Positions 62,904-64,000 of a DNA stretch of 64,000 nt are shown here, piece after piece. Positions within the stretch are counted from its first letter, which is position 1; the number at the start of each line of letters is the position of its first letter. The position numbers and the translations under genes are program-made. The notes under the pieces are model-generated. The model saw nothing but the letters and a program-made list of their open reading frames with translations. It was not told where the DNA came from and ran no database searches. This stretch comes from Amoebophrya sp. A120 (taxonomy: Eukaryota; Protista; Dinoflagellata): assembly GCA_905178155.1 (NCBI GenBank), contig CAJINV010000003.1, positions 6,415,985 to 6,479,984 on the forward strand. The letters run 5' to 3'.

Positions 62904-64000
62904 GTGCCGCTCCGTCAGGTGCTGCACTCAATTTTTACGGTGGCATCAATGCAGACGTGCACTCTGTGCACCTGAAAGGCCGGCCTTGGTGGGGCACCGC
63001 ACTGGACCCGGACCAACTGAGTCTTTGCTACTCGACTTTCATGGACGTGCACGATAAGCGGCTGCAATCGATGCAGAAGCAGTTGCAAGAGCACGACGAA
63101 GGGGGCATGAGCTTGGTGTATTTGGATGGGGCAGGTTTCTTGTCGGAGGGGAAGGAAATAAAGGTCACCGGGACTGTTGAGCAAAAGAGACTGCGCGACG
63201 CCGTCTTTGGGTCCCAGGAAGATACTTTTGAAAATCATCCTGGTTCGCTGCTGAACCTGTTTCGGAAGCAGGGCATGCGAGCGCTTTCCATCCTGCGAGG
63301 AATTGAATCGTCCCAGGAAGGAGTCGTGCCTTTGGCTCCTCGTCACCACGGTCGCGGGAGCACGTTTCGCGAAGCTTTAGTGAGTCGGGCGATGAATCGG
63401 GCCTGGGATACTTCAATTTTGGGCCCCGTGAGTACGAATGAGACACAGCAGCTCGCTGGCACGGTGAGGAAATTTTTCGAGGACCATGATTTGAGCAGCG
63501 TTCTCGACGGATCAAATGAACAAGAAGATCGCTTCCGCCAGCGTCTGTTGACTGCATTGAATTATCAGGCGGCTCGGCGCGAGCGCGTCGCGGCCCTAGC
63601 AACGACCCGTTCTTCCTTTCGGAAGACCGGAACACATTGGCCCGGCAGCGCCTCAGCAGTTGAGAAAGGTGAGCTGCCTTCTCGGAGAACCTGGTACGAT
63701 AATGGTCGACTCTGGGAGATTGAGGAGTTGTTGCCGCACGACAATGCCCAGCGAAAAAATGAGAACTCTGCTGAGATTGCTGAAATTCACTCGGCATGGA
63801 GGGCGGACAATCAGCGTGCCGCCGATGGCGCACTCCATCCTAGCAGTAGGGAACTCATCCACGCCTGGTGCAGTAGTATCGCGAATCAGCTTGCGCAGTC
63901 TCGGCTACGCACCGTAGCGTGGAACTGGGAGAGCATTGCGCTCTGGTACTACTATCACCTCGTGGGTGGATTCAAGATGCTTGATGGAGAGCACGGCTGA

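Larger units (their letters stand above)
55820..64000 (+). pseudogene. Disrupted nucleotide-diphospho-sugar transferase (GT77-like glycosyltransferase)
   Basis: Signal peptide at 55820; FLLDVDVLHVKN (DxD), LNGGYAFVKAT, DQAAF, VHSVHLKG; in-frame TAG at 58029-58031, a frame change near 58800-58990 and a ~4-kb insertion before 62904. Confidence 0.55.

Noticed and set aside
58951-62930. CRISPR array or LTR retrotransposon
   Set aside because: Eukaryotic context, spacers over 1 kb, no cas, gag or pol; the repeat is host coding sequence

Overview
Eukaryotic, gene-dense window from a dinoflagellate-lineage organism. Two perfect dinoflagellate spliced-leader copies lie at 37590-37640, and the gene and intron style suggests a syndinian parasite such as Amoebophrya (inference). 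All confidently called genes are on the + strand: UTP10, an unknown membrane protein, a secreted protein with a duplicated domain, a CCHC zinc-knuckle protein, an outer-arm beta-type dynein heavy chain, an intronless SL-preceded methyltransferase-like gene, an FkbM methyltransferase, a hypothetical gene, a PDE12/CCR4-type EEP phosphodiesterase and a disrupted GT77-like glycosyltransferase. The main signal is a family of non-autonomous mobile introns (introners) with one grammar: 5-bp target duplication + TAT...ATA termini + terminal inverted repeats. About nine can be delimited. Removing element plus one duplication restores the reading frame, and at some sites a conserved motif, although the ends are not GT-AG. 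One element family occurs in both orientations in + strand genes, several elements share an internal TTGT(C/G)ATGC motif, and some canonical introns look like decayed members. The 3' end holds a ~4-kb patchwork of captured gene fragments separated by four copies of a short host segment. All splice calls were made by eye without transcript data.
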